A stretch of DNA of 52,315 bases, the filler included, from Sphacelaria rigidula (Eukaryota), in the NCBI GenBank assembly GCA_964200075.2. It is 4 parts of 4 records of this genome, joined end to end, with 100 filler letters (N's around TTAATTAATTAA, not from the genome) between each part and the next. Parts side by side here need not be neighbours in the genome. Positions count along the whole stretch, not along the records: positions 39,314 to 52,315 come from CAXNAA020003239.1; 3 more parts are not named here. One strand, written 5' to 3'. The notes below the pieces were generated by a model. The model saw only the letters and a list, made by a program, of their open reading frames with translations. It did not search any database and had not been told where the DNA came from. Made by a program: the position numbers and the translations under genes. Below are positions 51,710 to 52,315 of this stretch, one piece after another; position 1 is the first letter of the stretch, and each line of letters opens with the position of its first letter.

Positions 51710-51821
51710 GTCGAGAGGAGTGCAAGATGACCCAGGGCAGCCGATCTGGACGCAAGCTATCATACCGGCGGAGCCCGATGCTTGGATATGGCTCGGCGAC
51801 ATGGCTTATCTCGACCACCCG
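51710..51821 (+). CDS. PhoD-family phosphatase exon
   Basis: AC+G gives T, then SRGVQDDPGQPIWTQAIIPAEPDAWIWLGDMAYLDHP, matching the PhoD pattern QPIW...PD..IWLGD..Y.D. gtacgc donor. The gene continues beyond the window. Confidence 0.85.
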
Positions 51822-52315
51822 GTACGCATACCAAACGTTCGTGACGAAGTAAAACCCTCCCTTCCACGGGCCGGCGAAAACCCGGCGTGCTCCGTCCCGC
51901 CTTTGTAGGGATACGAGGTCGATGGTCTTATGACTACGGCATGCAAGATCGTGTGTACACCCCTTCGCGCGCGCACGCACAAACACACACTGCTGCCGGC
52001 TCGGCGAGTTCTGGTTGGGGTGGGTCAAGTATCTTTCGCACTCGAGGGAAGTCTCAGGCCGGTGTTTCCGAGCGAGACCTTGTTTGTCAACAATTCTTGA
52101 CGAAACTCTTCCCGATGACGATGTTCTTCTCGTCATGGCTGTCCTATATTTTTGCTCGAGGCAATCGAAGTTACTGCAGCGGTGGACCCGATGCAAGGCG
52201 GTATCGTGCAAGCCGAACGAAGCAAAACAAGCGCCTCATATCTCAAACGTTGCACGGTTAGGACAAATAATGATTCGTCAGGAAATTACTTGGTTTTAGT
52301 ACAATAAGTTGACTC

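Overview
Eukaryotic, intron-rich and repeat-dense scaffold segment, most consistent with a brown alga (Phaeophyceae). That assignment is inferred from short GT-AG exons in long introns and the repeat style. Three scaffold gaps carry an artificial TTAATTAATTAA linker. Most ORFs in the supplied track are spurious. Supported spliced genes: (i) two phase-compatible exons of a WD40 TBL3/UTP13-like SSU-processome protein (minus strand, 22352-19145); (ii) four exons of an Aa_trans/SLC38-like amino-acid transporter (minus, 37340-34426); (iii) four exons of a membrane-anchored PhoD-family phosphatase (plus, 39401-51821, continuing past the window); (iv) a lone exon resembling half of a Zn2Cys6 domain (plus, 10025-10207). 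Transposons include a Ty3/Gypsy element with both LTRs and a TSD but no RT, a 2-kb piggyBac-type element with TTAA TSDs, a hAT transposase relic and many MITE/foldback elements. The most striking feature is a tandem array of five unusually long (222-291 nt) box C/D snoRNA-like genes on the minus strand (13821-17356), downstream of a TBL3 splice donor. They show a compensatory change in the terminal stem and an invariant 30-nt block covering box C', a 17-nt guide and box D. The guide is predicted to target the LSU rRNA GAAUGGAU uridine (SNORD17-like).
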